From IMG/VR virus record IMGVR_UViG_3300032304_001168: a stretch of 64,000 nt of DNA; one strand, written 5' to 3'. How positions within the stretch are numbered: the stretch's first letter is position 1; each line of letters begins with the position of its first letter. Positions 1 to 11,438 of the stretch are shown one piece after another. Under the pieces are notes generated by a model, which was not told the origin of the DNA, did no database searches, and saw only the letters and a program-made list of their open reading frames with translations. The stretch comes from a virus. A program made the position numbers and the translations under genes.

Positions 1-14
1 AATAAATCAATTAT

Positions 15-46
15 TTTGGAAATTAATTCAAATGTAACTATCTTTG
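15..46 (+). promoter_or_regulatory. Bacteroidota sigma70-type promoter (-33 TTTG / -7 TAnnTTTG)
   Basis: TTTG at 15-18, 20-nt spacer, TATCTTTG at 39-46; no substantial downstream + ORF. Confidence 0.5.
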
Positions 47-113
47 TTGAGAACATTTAAAACAATATAAATTATGAGAACATTAATTTTAATTATAAAT
101 ATATTATAAAAAC

Positions 114-1428
114 TTAAGCAACCCTATTAGGGTCAATTTTATTTGGTTGTTGTGATAAATACTTATCAATCTTAGAATTCTTTATATTATTTTGACCAGA
201 TTTAACAAATGATGTATTTATATCATTAGCGAATGACTCTAATGGAGGAAATCCTTTGGATACCCAATAACCTAAAATATATCTAACATTGCTATCGTTG
301 AGATTTACAATATTTTCTTTATTATCATTAAAATATTTTATAAAATCATCTTTTGTTAAATTTATTCTATTTGTATTGTTTAACATATATTGTCTCATAC
401 CTTGAATTCTAGACAAAAATTCACTTTTATCACCTCTAAAATAACTTTCATCCCATCCAGCATAAGCTATGGATAATATTTTTTTAATTATTTTACTAGT
501 TCTATCAACATCAAATCCCAAGTCTGTTGCTATTGAATTTATTTTTTGTTGATTAATATTTAAATTCAATAATTTATCTTTTTCTTCTAATTCGGTATTT
601 TTATAAATTTCTTTATTTTTTCTATAACAATCATCACTACCTTTAAATTGGGTTATTGATACATCAGGAGTCATTGGTCTAATGAAATATAACAAATGTT
701 GTATTTCGTGAACAAGAGTCCCAACCCAACTAGTATCATCTCTTTGAGACTTATCAAGATTAACATAAATTTTATTAGGTGTACTTTTAAACACAAAAGC
801 ATTAGCCCCTATCAAATCCCCAGCTCCTTCTATGGGAATATCCTTATTAAAAATCACTAACTCCAAATTATTAATAGAATCCAAATATTTGTTAAAAAGA
901 TTATCTATTGAAGAGTCTAAAAAAAATATAATTCAATTTTTTGAATTTTACACGAGTTTCAGGATTCCTCAACCAATTACGCCACCAAGTTTTAGCTTGT
1001 TCTAATAATGGTAACATTCTTTGATAAAATTTAGGTTTTATTTCATCAAATTTAAGATTACCAGTAAACCAATCACCTAATTTTTTTTCAACATCAGAAA
1101 TTCTAAGTGGATAATTCCAAGCTTTTGTGATGACTTCATCGTTGTATGAATTAGGTAATTTACCATCTTTTTCTAATTTTAAAAACTCAGACAACTTAGG
1201 ATAATTATTGTTAACCCATTTTCTAAACATATTACCCTCTTCATTATTTTTTAATGGCCAAGTTGGTATTTTTGGGGCTGTTGGTTTTATTGGTGGTTTA
1301 GCTCCAACTGCAGTACTATATCCCAATCCAGAATCATCATATATCTGTTCAAATAAATAAGGTCTCAATGTAGTTTTATAATGCAACTCCAATATTCTTT
1401 GTTTTTCTTTCTCTGATATTTTTTTCAT
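114..1428 (-). pseudogene. Frameshifted leader-bearing HEXXH metallopeptidase-like gene (ORFs 901-1428 + 114-884)
   Basis: Removing one base from the A8 run at 919-926 fuses the ORFs (..NYIFLDSSIDNLFNKYLDSINN..); VHEIQH motif; could be a sequencing error. Confidence 0.65.
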
Positions 1429-2033
1429 CTTCTTGTATTAAATTTCTTGGTGTTGACCATATCTATAAATGTCTCTGATTTATGTCTTGGTTCATTTATA
1501 TTACGTCCAATCACATCTTTCTCATCACTAACATGTGGTTTATACATTTTATCCAAAACACCTTGATGTTTTTGATTATCAAAATTCATTTGTTTTAATA
1601 AATCTTCAATATCTACAATTTCTTCATCTTCTTTTGTATTATGTGGAGATTCACCAGCAAAACCAGATTTGATAATATCATCAATATGTGCATAAATTAA
1701 TGTCCCATCATTTAATTTAACTCCAAATTTAGTCCACATTGGTTTATTATCAATGGTATCTTTAATTATGTCACTAACATCATACATTGTTATATAAGAA
1801 ACATCTTTACCATATGTTGTTTCAATATTACCATCATCATCCATATTCTTCTCTGATGTTATTTTTGCAAATAATCTCTCAAGTTCTTTTAATCCATTCT
1901 CACTTAAATTGTTAATCAATTTTTGATAATCAACATCATTTAAAAACATTTTTAATAATGTATAATTCTTATTCTCATTGATTAATTTTTTAATCAATTT
2001 TTTACATTGGGTCTCGCTTAATATAATTTTCAT
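1425..2033 (-). CDS. Hypothetical protein with MKIILSE..LINE leader
   Basis: 202-aa ORF; TATTTAT motif just upstream. Confidence 0.8.
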   Translation of the reverse strand: MKIILSETQCKKLIKKLINENKNYTLLKMFLNDVDYQKLINNLSENGLKELERLFAKITSEKNMDDDGNIETTYGKDVSYITMYDVSDIIKDTIDNKPMWTKFGVKLNDGTLIYAHIDDIIKSGFAGESPHNTKEDEEIVDIEDLLKQMNFDNQKHQGVLDKMYKPHVSDEKDVIGRNINEPRHKSETFIDMVNTKKFNTRR

Positions 2034-2108
2034 AAATATAAATATCTAACAACAAATAAAAAATCCCCATTCATCTTGGGGATTTCTTATCATCAATAAT
2101 ACGTTTTA

Positions 2109-2936
2109 TTATTTACCTAATCCTTCTGGTCCATTTTGTCTTAAAAATTGATGTAGCTTTGTCAAATATTGATTATCTCCTAAAGTAAACTTAACAATTT
2201 GTTCAGATTTAACAAACCATCCCAACTCTGTTGGGTCATTATATGAACCAAAACCAGCAATAACTACCCAATCATCTTTTTGTTTAGTCCCTGAACCACT
2301 CAAACCTGATGATTTATATATTAAAATATCATCACCCGTTGGTAATTTTATTTCTAAAATATCTCTTTGATAAAGACCATCAACTCTATTCAATAATTTT
2401 ATCTCTTTAGGATTGAAAGGCAAGTTTTCAACTTTCTTACATTTAGGAAATAATTTACTAAATAATTCTCCAACATCATCATTCACCCATTTAAATAGCC
2501 AACTCGGAGGTTTTATATTTCTAACAGCCTGTGAAACAACTTTTTGTTTTAATGCCTTCTCAAAAACATCTCTAAATTCAGTTCCATCAGGAAGATATCT
2601 TGGTAATGTTGTTATAATATCATCAACGGTAAAAAATCCGGAATTAATTCCATCTAATGCACTACTTAATGTTTCTAATGGTAATTTAGACCCAGAAGAA
2701 CCTGATTTGATACATTGTCTACCCAAATCATCAACACCTATATTCATAGTATTAGAAAAAGCTTTATTAAGAACCATCTCCATATTCTTAACAGCATCAT
2801 CACCAAATGATTTTATTAAATCATCAGCGTTTCTCCCAATCATTCCAAAAAGAGCTTTTAAATTTGGAATTGGTACTCCTTCGTTAAGTAACCTATTAAA
2901 GTCTTTCCTTATTTTAATTTCATTTATAACTTTCAT
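2109..2936 (-). CDS. Hypothetical leader-bearing protein
   Basis: 275 aa; N-terminus ..FNRLLNE; terminator-like hairpin at ~2060-2087. Confidence 0.8.
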   Translation of the reverse strand: MKVINEIKIRKDFNRLLNEGVPIPNLKALFGMIGRNADDLIKSFGDDAVKNMEMVLNKAFSNTMNIGVDDLGRQCIKSGSSGSKLPLETLSSALDGINSGFFTVDDIITTLPRYLPDGTEFRDVFEKALKQKVVSQAVRNIKPPSWLFKWVNDDVGELFSKLFPKCKKVENLPFNPKEIKLLNRVDGLYQRDILEIKLPTGDDILIYKSSGLSGSGTKQKDDWVVIAGFGSYNDPTELGWFVKSEQIVKFTLGDNQYLTKLHQFLRQNGPEGLGK

Positions 2937-2941
2937 TTTTA

Positions 2942-3952
2942 TTATGTTTTCATTGTTTTTACCATAGATTCTAATCTTTTAATACCATCACCTTCCTCTT
3001 TAAATAATTTTTTATAAGACATAGTTTGATATTTTTCAGGAACTACAGTCCCAGGTCTCCAACCTTCTTTCCAAGCTGAATATAACAATATATTATCCGC
3101 TTCCGAACCACTACTACCAAACATATATTTTATTTTTGACCAATCATATCCCTCAGATGCGACTAAACCAGCTGGTGTACTTTGTTGTGCTGCATTATAT
3201 GCGGTGTTATACCCTAGCCAAGTACCACTATATTTAGCAATTTCCTTACCCGTACTTAAACCAGTTTTGGCTAAAGAAGATAATGTTGTTTTTAGTGTGT
3301 TGTTTGTTGTTGTTTGAGCGGCGTCACTAGCTGTTTGAGATAATAATTTTGAAACTTCATCACTATTTTTTCCAAGTTGTTCCATCACTTCAGTTTCCAC
3401 AACATCTAACACAGGTTTTTTACCTGTTTTAACAAAATTACTTAATTTAGATGATAATTGTTTTATTGCCGGGGCTGACATTTTTTTTAATCCAGGTATC
3501 TTACTAACTAATGATGAACCAGGTATCAATGTGAATAATGTAGTTAATCCTGCCATATATGAATCACCTTCTTGATAATACTTTGCGGCATCAAATAATT
3601 GTACACCCCCACCTATAAGAGCACCTATCCAACCACCACCTATTACTGCAAAAACAACAGATGCTCCCGCAAGTACAAGGTGTCCAGTTTCATCAACACT
3701 TTTGTTATAGTCAAATTTAGATTGTCCCCACCAATCATCTTTTCCTTGTAACGCGTTATATCCCCTAGTTTGAGTAATATTAGGATCTTCCGCTTTACCT
3801 GTTAATTGATTATATACGGGTGTTGTTCCTGTCCCCATACTACTACCACCCCAAGAATAGGATGGAGTTGGATTTTGTTCATTAATCAACCTACTTTCTA
3901 AAAGTAAATTACTATTTTGGATATGTCTTATTTTTGAATAACTTTTATTCAC
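2942..3952 (-). CDS. Leader-bearing protein with Gly/Ala-rich hydrophobic segment
   Basis: 336 aa; ..LLLESRLINE; GASVVFAVIGGGWIGALIGGG segment. Confidence 0.75.
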   Translation of the reverse strand: MNKSYSKIRHIQNSNLLLESRLINEQNPTPSYSWGGSSMGTGTTPVYNQLTGKAEDPNITQTRGYNALQGKDDWWGQSKFDYNKSVDETGHLVLAGASVVFAVIGGGWIGALIGGGVQLFDAAKYYQEGDSYMAGLTTLFTLIPGSSLVSKIPGLKKMSAPAIKQLSSKLSNFVKTGKKPVLDVVETEVMEQLGKNSDEVSKLLSQTASDAAQTTTNNTLKTTLSSLAKTGLSTGKEIAKYSGTWLGYNTAYNAAQQSTPAGLVASEGYDWSKIKYMFGSSGSEADNILLYSAWKEGWRPGTVVPEKYQTMSYKKLFKEEGDGIKRLESMVKTMKT

Positions 3953-4018
3953 GATAAATTTTAATATAAATATATTAACATAATAAAAAAATCCCCACCT
4001 TAAAGATGGGGATATAAT

Positions 4019-4552
4019 TTATACTTTTGAATAATATACATTTCCCCTAGACTTATTAATAAATTGATTTGAATTTAATTCACATCTATACTCTCGTTCT
4101 GTACCATCATATTCTAATATATAATTTGTTGCAAATATTTCTGGGATTTGTTGGTAATATGCGTCTAACTCATTTTTTAGATTTCTTGACTCTGAACTAT
4201 TAATTTCCCCTTTAACCTCACTATACCCTAAAATAAAATACATATATTGATTATCTTCTGCCTTCCATCTTTTTAACCAATAATCATGAATCTTTGTTTC
4301 AGGTGGACCAACAGGATTTCCTTTATCGTCAAATTCTTGCGCTGTAAGTATTCCTTTATCCAAATAAAATTCATTAACTTTATCCAAGTCAACAATTAAA
4401 TCAATAAATATTACCGACCCATATTCATAAGCATTTTTCGATAACTCCCATCCAGTAATAAAATCATAATCAGCAGATAATGCCTTAACAGCCATATTAA
4501 TACCCTTAAGCTGTTTATTACTAAAGTCTTCGTTAATTCTATATGATTTCAT
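4019..4552 (-). CDS. Hypothetical protein (MKSYRINE leader)
   Basis: 177 aa; TATTTAT upstream, terminator downstream. Confidence 0.75.
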   Translation of the reverse strand: MKSYRINEDFSNKQLKGINMAVKALSADYDFITGWELSKNAYEYGSVIFIDLIVDLDKVNEFYLDKGILTAQEFDDKGNPVGPPETKIHDYWLKRWKAEDNQYMYFILGYSEVKGEINSSESRNLKNELDAYYQQIPEIFATNYILEYDGTEREYRCELNSNQFINKSRGNVYYSKV

Positions 4553-4599
4553 TTTTTATATATAAATATATCCCCACTCAAATAAATGGGGATATTAAA

Positions 4600-5801
4600 T
4601 TAAAGTTTTTTATTAATCCGTTTTGCCAATTCAGAAATTAATTCATCCTTGGTCTTTAACTTGGTGACAATTGGTGATTTTTTACCATATATTTTTTGAT
4701 ACATCTCCCAATCCCAAATTGATTTATTCTCTGTCATAGTTTTTTGATTTTGATATGTTAATTCATATAATCGACCCAATTTCTTAATCATCTTTGTTGC
4801 GGTATTTTTCATAAATTTAGCCTCATCAATATAAAATTTTTCATAATCATTTGCATATTTTTTAATCCTATTTGAATAAGTGATAATATAATCATCTTTG
4901 TCATCATTTACCATATGTTGAAATAAAGGGTTATTTCTACCCCTAGGATAAATAAATCCAATCATTTGTTGTTCTTTCCAATGTACAAGGTTAATATAAA
5001 ATAATTCAAGGATACTATCAATAGCCTCATTTTCAGTATTAACATACTCACCAACCTTATACAAAATCTCATAAATTTGAACCATATATTTTTTCAATGA
5101 GTCCTTTAAATTTTCCAATGAAAATTCTTTTGCCTCTTTTAATGTTTTAAAAATCTCATTACCAACAAAATAATTATAAAATTGTTTTGGGCTAATCTTT
5201 TCAAGATGAATTTCTGTTGCCAATTGTGTTGGTCTAACCAAATTCTCAATATGATGAATATAATATGAAAGAAATAAAAATCTATTCAAGGGTACTATGT
5301 TACCAAAGTTCTCATTGGCACTAATTTGATAATCAACCCTCATTGGTAAATTTGTTTTATTCTTCTTGAAAGCATCATAAGCATGTTTTAACTCATGTGC
5401 CATAATTGATATAAAACGATTTTTATTCTGTCGATAATAATCCAAAAATTCCTTATCCTCAAATTTTTCTGGAACAATAAACTCAATCCGAATTATTGTC
5501 TCATCTTCTTCAGCGAATACTTCCATTTGGAATTGGTCATTAACCGAAAAACGTAAACCTTGTGAAAAATTTAAAAGCCTAAATCCACTACCTTGAACTT
5601 CACGTAATTTTATCTCCAATTCAATTGTTGTCAATTTCATATCCGAAATTGCATAATCCCCACTTAACATGGTACTATATTCATCAAATAATTGAATATC
5701 ACTCAAATTAGATAAAAATCCATATATGTCATCATATAACTTAATCGCACTGGTATTATATTAACAGGTACCCCCAATGCTTCATTAATCTTTCTTCTCA
5801 T
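4600..5801 (-). pseudogene. HEXXH metallopeptidase-like gene with 1-nt frameshift near 5' end
   Basis: ATG at 5801 gives MRRKINEALGVPVNII behind TATTTAT; one missing base at ~5755 links it to the open frame ..TSAIKLYDDIYGFLSNLSDIQ of ORF 4600-5706; AHELKH motif. Confidence 0.65.
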
Positions 5802-5824
5802 AAATTAATTTTAATATAAATATA

Positions 5825-6613
5825 TCAATTTTTTTTATACTTTATTAATTCAGGATAATCAGTTAATAAGTCTTGTCCAAATTTAATTGATTCAACATCA
5901 TAATAATTATCATCAACAATTTTAACAATGTCTTTATCTGTGCCCTTATATATTGCAAATATTCTTGATGATTTTTTCCCAGCAATATAAAAACTATAAA
6001 AATCTGGGTCTTTAATAAGTTTTGTCCAAATTCTTTGAGACTCCGCACTAACACTAGAGGTTGAACTACCCCATCCCAAATATTTTATGAATTCTTGATA
6101 TATCAAATAACCCAATCCAGTCCCCATTAAAATTGATGGTAATCCACCAATAAAATGTATCCTATTTCTAGGTTCACCCTCAGTTTCAATCTTAACACCC
6201 CAATCATTCAATATCTCATCAACATTCTTTATTATCCCCCTATTTGTTTTTTTCATTGCGGGAATCTCCAAACCATAATGCTCATTCCCATACAAACCAC
6301 TATTTTCAAAATTAACCCTAGATGGAAAATGTCTAATCCCAAAATTTGGGGGAAATTTAACATTATATAAATTTTTACCTATATTTATAAACTTCAATCC
6401 ATATGGTTCACTACGAGTAATCGGTTCATCCTTGAATACATTACCATAATCCTTTACAAAAGCGTCATCCAAATCCTTTTTCCTATAATAGTCGGTATTA
6501 GGTTTCTCCAAATATGTACCCTCAATGTCAATCTCATCTATTTCACCCTCATTAATAACCCTCTTAATTAATTTAACCAATTCACCCTCAGTTAATCTTA
6601 TAATTCTTTTCAT
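5825..6613 (-). CDS. Leader-bearing putative GNAT-fold protein
   Basis: MKRIIRLTEGELVKLIKRVINE; GTGLGYLIY..SAESQRIWTKL resembles acetyl-CoA-binding motif A. Confidence 0.55.
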   Translation of the reverse strand: MKRIIRLTEGELVKLIKRVINEGEIDEIDIEGTYLEKPNTDYYRKKDLDDAFVKDYGNVFKDEPITRSEPYGLKFINIGKNLYNVKFPPNFGIRHFPSRVNFENSGLYGNEHYGLEIPAMKKTNRGIIKNVDEILNDWGVKIETEGEPRNRIHFIGGLPSILMGTGLGYLIYQEFIKYLGWGSSTSSVSAESQRIWTKLIKDPDFYSFYIAGKKSSRIFAIYKGTDKDIVKIVDDNYYDVESIKFGQDLLTDYPELIKYKKN

Positions 6614-6637
6614 AATCTAATTTTAAAATAAATATTA

Positions 6638-6682
6638 TAAAAAAGGGGTTGGGGATTGATATCGAGTGTAACGAGAAAAAAA
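6638..6682. repeat. Intergenic repeat copy 1 (AAAAAGGGGTTGGGGATTGATATCGAGT(G/A)TAACGAGAAAA)
   Basis: Near-identical to the copies at ~7636-7680 and ~8686-8725. Confidence 0.9.
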
Positions 6683-6723
6683 ATATCCCCACTATAATTA
6701 AAGAATGGGGAATAATATCTTAG

Positions 6724-7605
6724 TTATAAATTTTTATAAATCATATTAAATATTTTACTCATTAAAATTTCAAGGGGTAAATTTTTCTTTAAATTTATTG
6801 TATCCGACTTTAGTTGTTCTTCATTGAAACGTTTAGAATAAAACTTAATATAACTCTCCAAGAACATATTAAAATAATATTTAAGGTCAGTTTCTTTTAT
6901 TTTATGGAATATTTCATAATTATTTTTTTCCATCTCTTTATCCATAATTTTGAATATCTCATCAATATAGTTTTTACCCTTTAATTTTTCAAATAATTGT
7001 TCATCAACCAAATTACTAACCATATAGTCATTATATAATCTTTCAAGTATAGTTTTTGTATGTTCCCAATCATAAATTTTTTGTACCAATTCATCCTCTA
7101 TTTCTTGACCACTATATGTCGGCGCCAAATTATATAAATCATTAGGAAAATTTTCATTAATGTATGTATCCAATTTTTTAGACGTGAAATCTATGGCTTC
7201 CTTTAATTTTTCAAAACCAGCATATGTACCTTTTTCATCATATCTGAATATAACCAATTTTTTGGGGTATTTCATAATTATTTTTTTACCCTCAACACTA
7301 GCCAAATTTTCTTTTATAATATTTTCAATATTTTCATCGTCAAATTCTATATAACCTTCATTAAAAAGTCTAATTATTGTTTCATTTATATATTCAACAT
7401 ATTCCTGGAGAAACATTTCACTATTCATTGAATAATTACTTGTTCGTTTTTTTGAAAGATATACTTGTAATTCATAAATAATTAACTCTTTTATTGTTTT
7501 ACCATAATTTTCCCAACCTTTACCAATACTTCTAACTTTTGGTTTTTTCTTATAAAACTCCTTAATAATTCTCTGAAGTTGTTGTTCACTAATAATAATT
7601 CTCAT
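6724..7605 (-). CDS. Hypothetical protein with MRIIISEQQL leader
   Basis: 293-aa ORF. Confidence 0.8.
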   Translation of the reverse strand: MRIIISEQQLQRIIKEFYKKKPKVRSIGKGWENYGKTIKELIIYELQVYLSKKRTSNYSMNSEMFLQEYVEYINETIIRLFNEGYIEFDDENIENIIKENLASVEGKKIIMKYPKKLVIFRYDEKGTYAGFEKLKEAIDFTSKKLDTYINENFPNDLYNLAPTYSGQEIEDELVQKIYDWEHTKTILERLYNDYMVSNLVDEQLFEKLKGKNYIDEIFKIMDKEMEKNNYEIFHKIKETDLKYYFNMFLESYIKFYSKRFNEEQLKSDTINLKKNLPLEILMSKIFNMIYKNL

Positions 7606-7680
7606 AAATTAATTTTAATATAAATATATCAATTTAAAAAGGGGTTGGGGATTGATATCGAGTATAACGAGAAAAAAAAA
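7603..7680. repeat. Intergenic repeat copy 2, including TATTTAT promoter block
   Basis: ~70-nt near-identity with 8653-8725. Confidence 0.9.
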
Positions 7681-7710
7681 TATCCCCACTATAAAAATGG
7701 GGATAATATA

Positions 7711-8655
7711 TTATTTCATTACAAACTTCCTAAACATAACCAAGAAATCAATAAAATCTTTATCAAATAATTTCTTCTCAATTCCAAAGTCATGCAACGA
7801 ATAAATGTAATCATATAAATATTTTTTATCATATATCTTATCCTGTCCCAATACCTTAATCATTCGCTTACTTATCTTATGTGCCAAGATAGCATCGGAT
7901 ATTGGTTTATTATAATAAATGTGTTTTTTATAATCGTCTTTTTCCACATACTCCTTAAACCTATTCATATTCCTATCAATAATAGTTTTATACTTCTCAT
8001 ATTCAACATCCTCCAAATTCTCAAACAAGAAATCATAAAACAATTTCTCCAAGGTATCAAAGGTTACATTCCACTCATATATCCCAACACTTAATTCATC
8101 ATCACTTTGAAATGGGGTGTTCTTATATGGTAATATCTTTTCCTTTTTAAATTCACCACCCTCAACCCACTCAGGATATTTCTTTTTTAATTCATCAATT
8201 AATTTGGAAATCCTTTCCACAATCCTATCCTCAAAAATTTGAGCCTTTTTAGAACGACTACCTTTAACATAAATATTACTTTCTTTATTGTTAATGTGTA
8301 TGTAAATGTGAAATAAATCCTCCCATAAAGCTGTTAAAGGGTTGTCATCATCACCAATAGAACTAGCATCAATATGAGTACTAACATAAAATAAAGAATT
8401 AATCTTTTTTCTATTCTCCTTATTATCTTCCAATTCATAAAATTCAATTATTGAATCAATAATAACTTTGGTAACCTTATAAGTTATTTCCCTTTCTGTT
8501 GAATCATCACTACTAATAGTCCCATCATCAACCACCAATAATTTTAATAATTTATTCAAAAATTCAATTAATTTATTTGATATAAATGTCTTTGCATCGT
8601 AATTGTCCAATGACATTAATTCATTTAATTGTCTCTCCGTTATTATAATTTTCAT
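7711..8655 (-). CDS. Hypothetical protein with MKIIITERQLNE leader
   Basis: 314-aa ORF. Confidence 0.8.
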   Translation of the reverse strand: MKIIITERQLNELMSLDNYDAKTFISNKLIEFLNKLLKLLVVDDGTISSDDSTEREITYKVTKVIIDSIIEFYELEDNKENRKKINSLFYVSTHIDASSIGDDDNPLTALWEDLFHIYIHINNKESNIYVKGSRSKKAQIFEDRIVERISKLIDELKKKYPEWVEGGEFKKEKILPYKNTPFQSDDELSVGIYEWNVTFDTLEKLFYDFLFENLEDVEYEKYKTIIDRNMNRFKEYVEKDDYKKHIYYNKPISDAILAHKISKRMIKVLGQDKIYDKKYLYDYIYSLHDFGIEKKLFDKDFIDFLVMFRKFVMK

Positions 8656-8725
8656 AATTTAATTTTAATATAAATATATCAATTTAAAAAGGGGTTGGGG
8701 ATTGATATCGAGTATAACGAGAAAA
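8653..8725. repeat. Intergenic repeat copy 3
   Basis: Near-identical to 7603-7680. Confidence 0.9.
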
Positions 8726-8730
8726 GGTTT

Positions 8731-9207
8731 TTACAAATTATCACAAACCAATTTAATTAAATTAATATACTCATCCAATGATAAATTATTTTTGGAATTA
8801 TTAACAAATTTAGTGACAATAATAGTATTCTCAATTGTATATCCCAACTCACTATCCAACCTATCCAATGAAATTGAATTCCAATCATTCTCTTTATATG
8901 ATAATGGTTGTTTTGATATATAACATAAATTATTTTGTTCCTTGAGTTTGTCCTCAATAATCTTATCTGTCAGTTGAAAATCCAAGTTATTTCTTTTCGC
9001 TCTATGTTTTGCACTCTCAACCCTAAAATGGATTAAATTATTTCCTCTCCACTTTTTCTGTTTTTCAATATATTCCTCTTTGTCTATATTGTTTTTGTAA
9101 TTTAATGATAAACAAGTTTTACACTTGTTTTTTCTACTTGAATAAAATAATGATGGAGTTTTTTCCCCACATACTATACAACAATGTTCATTTATATTTC
9201 TTCCCAT
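8731..9207 (-). CDS. HNH-like homing endonuclease with N-terminal CxxC..CxxC zinc finger
   Basis: CIVC..CKTC; SLDRLDSELGYTIENT..VNNSKN; likely start MGRNINE at 9207 behind TATTTAT. Confidence 0.65.
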   Translation of the reverse strand: MGRNINEHCCIVCGEKTPSLFYSSRKNKCKTCLSLNYKNNIDKEEYIEKQKKWRGNNLIHFRVESAKHRAKRNNLDFQLTDKIIEDKLKEQNNLCYISKQPLSYKENDWNSISLDRLDSELGYTIENTIIVTKFVNNSKNNLSLDEYINLIKLVCDNL

Positions 9208-9239
9208 ATATATAAATATCACAAAAAACATTTTATTGT

Positions 9240-11430
9240 TTTTTTTCTAAAATTTGTAATTTTTCTCCAAAAAATTTTTTTTACATTTTCACTTATATAA
9301 GGGGTGACTTACTTTTTTACCCATAAATAAAAAACCCCTCTTCGTGATTGAGAGGGGATATTTAAGTACAGTTTTTCAAAAAAATTCTATAAATATTTTT
9401 TTACCCCATATACATTATTTAGGGGATTGTCCCCCCTATTTACGACAAATACGACAATTTAGGGGGAGGGGGGATACCCCAGCTGGGGGGAGTATAGGGT
9501 ATGGGGGGGTCTATGAGGGGATATGGGAGGTAGGGGTATATAGTTTAATCAAATAAAATAGATAGTCCCCCCTGTGTCAAATTAAACCCTATGACAATAT
9601 GACATACCATTCCCCTTTGTATATGTTATGTATTGTGTATATGGTTGACTGACATAATGACAAAGTAGGTATGTCGTATGTTGTGGGTAAGGTGGGGAGA
9701 TGAGTACTGACATAATGTCAATGTAGGTATTGGATGTATTACGTATATGCCGGCATGACAATATGACATACCCAACTAGTTCCATTTTGGAACTTGTTCA
9801 ATTTTTGCACAAGTTAAATAAAACAGAATAATATTTGGTTAAGTATATTAAAAATACGTAGGGGTGATTTGGTATACTGGGGGAATGACAGAATAATATT
9901 TTATTATAATATTGGGGAACTAAATGGTGTGGTGGATCGTTATAGTATTGTAATGATTATTCACCCATCTATAATACAACTGATATGATATACGCTAAAG
10001 ACAGACTTGAAGGTATGACCAAGTACAAGGTCAATAAGATTAAGGATCTGGTTATGGAGTATTGTGTTAATGTTCTTGGGTATAGAAAGACATTGGGTAT
10101 CAGTGGTATAACTTTATCTTACATTGAGTGTGAGGATTGGGGGATGTATGAACCTGACACCCACCACATCTATGTGTATATGAAGAACATTAAGACTGTT
10201 AGTGATTTAACTAGAACTATTATCCACGAGTATACCCACTCTGTACAGGATATTAGTAAGTCATATACTAAGTTATATAAGAAGTTTGGGTATGAGAACC
10301 ACCCAATGGAGATTGAAGCGTATGGTAATGAGAAGATTTACAATAGGAAGGTATTAAATTATCTTCGTAGGGAACTAAAATAGATTATTCCCCAGACATA
10401 GATTCTAATGACATATAGTCTTTCAGTTTATTAAGTGAGTCTTCTCGTATTTCGAATTGAAGATTAAAGAAATCCCCCTCGGTGAGTGGGGATTTTTTGT
10501 TTATGTCAGATATGATGTCATTCATATTGCAATAAGATAACAAGTATATTGGGTGGGGTTGTAGTCTGGATGTGTATGTTGAGTATATACAAGTACCACT
10601 TATATCATCCTGACAATATGTCACCACATATTTTTCGTTTATTTGAGTTATGGTGGTGGGGATGGTGGTTAAAAACTGGTTCATAATTTAGTATATTTGG
10701 GTCTGACACTATGTCAGTTGTTAATTTTTATGTTAAAATTGTTAAAAAATTTGGAAATGTCATTGTGTCAGGTGGTGGGGACAATCCCCAGCTATACGTT
10801 GAACAAGTAATGTTTCCCACTTCTTCCCACAATTCTCCACCAATAAATAGTGTTGATGATAGTTAAAACGTAATTTATTGTCGTTTTTGACCTCATTAGG
10901 GTCGATTATTTTAATATACCCATTTCTCAGTAAAAAAAGTTATTGATTATTGGGGAGTGGGTGGGACACATAGTGTCTTAGGAATAGGATTAATATAGTG
11001 AATAATATGAATACTTCAACCCCATCTTTGATGGTTATGATAATGTTTAAATGATTATACAAATGAGCACTATATTGTTCATATAATTGGACATTATAAA
11101 ATCCATTGATAATAACCCTTGTTATAATTTACCATAATAATATCATTGAAATGGACGATAGTCTAATATATCGTTGATATTGGTGATAAATTACCATTGT
11201 GGGAGATTTAAATACACTTACCATATATTGAGTCGAAGACAAGGTAGAAAGTGTTGTGTAGGGGAAATGTGAGGGTTATGGAATGGATTACTGATAATGA
11301 TGGGGGATTGGATTATGAACGACTCATAGTGGAACGATAGTGTAGCGGTTTCCCAGTAACGGAGTGGAGGGGAAAATGAGGTGGGGAGTGAGTAATTTAA
11401 TTCCCCATTATTGTATTTATGTATAAACTA
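9240..11430. other. Largely non-coding G-rich region at a strand switch (candidate origin/terminus)
   Basis: G-tracts at 9462-9537; seven TG(A/T)CA-N3-TG(A/T)CA motifs; divergent flanking gene blocks. Confidence 0.45.
9985..10383 (+). CDS. Small HEXXH zinc metallopeptidase-like protein
   Basis: IIHEYTH plus downstream HPMEIEA; terminator-like hairpin at ~10470-10497. Confidence 0.7.
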   Translation: MIYAKDRLEGMTKYKVNKIKDLVMEYCVNVLGYRKTLGISGITLSYIECEDWGMYEPDTHHIYVYMKNIKTVSDLTRTIIHEYTHSVQDISKSYTKLYKKFGYENHPMEIEAYGNEKIYNRKVLNYLRRELK

Positions 11431-11438
11431 ATAATTGA

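Noticed and set aside
2413-2967. Antisense ORFs from the track (e.g. 2413-2967, 21705-22109, 48752-49093, 50149-50700, 45399-45716)
   Set aside because: Shadows of better-supported genes on the opposite strand, with no motifs
6638-8725. Three ~45-nt direct repeats as a CRISPR array
   Set aside because: Spacing is ~1 kb with whole genes between copies; no cas genes
9344-10684. ORFs 9344-9556, 9582-9785 and 10385-10684
   Set aside because: They run through G-tracts, repeat boxes and a terminator, with atypical composition
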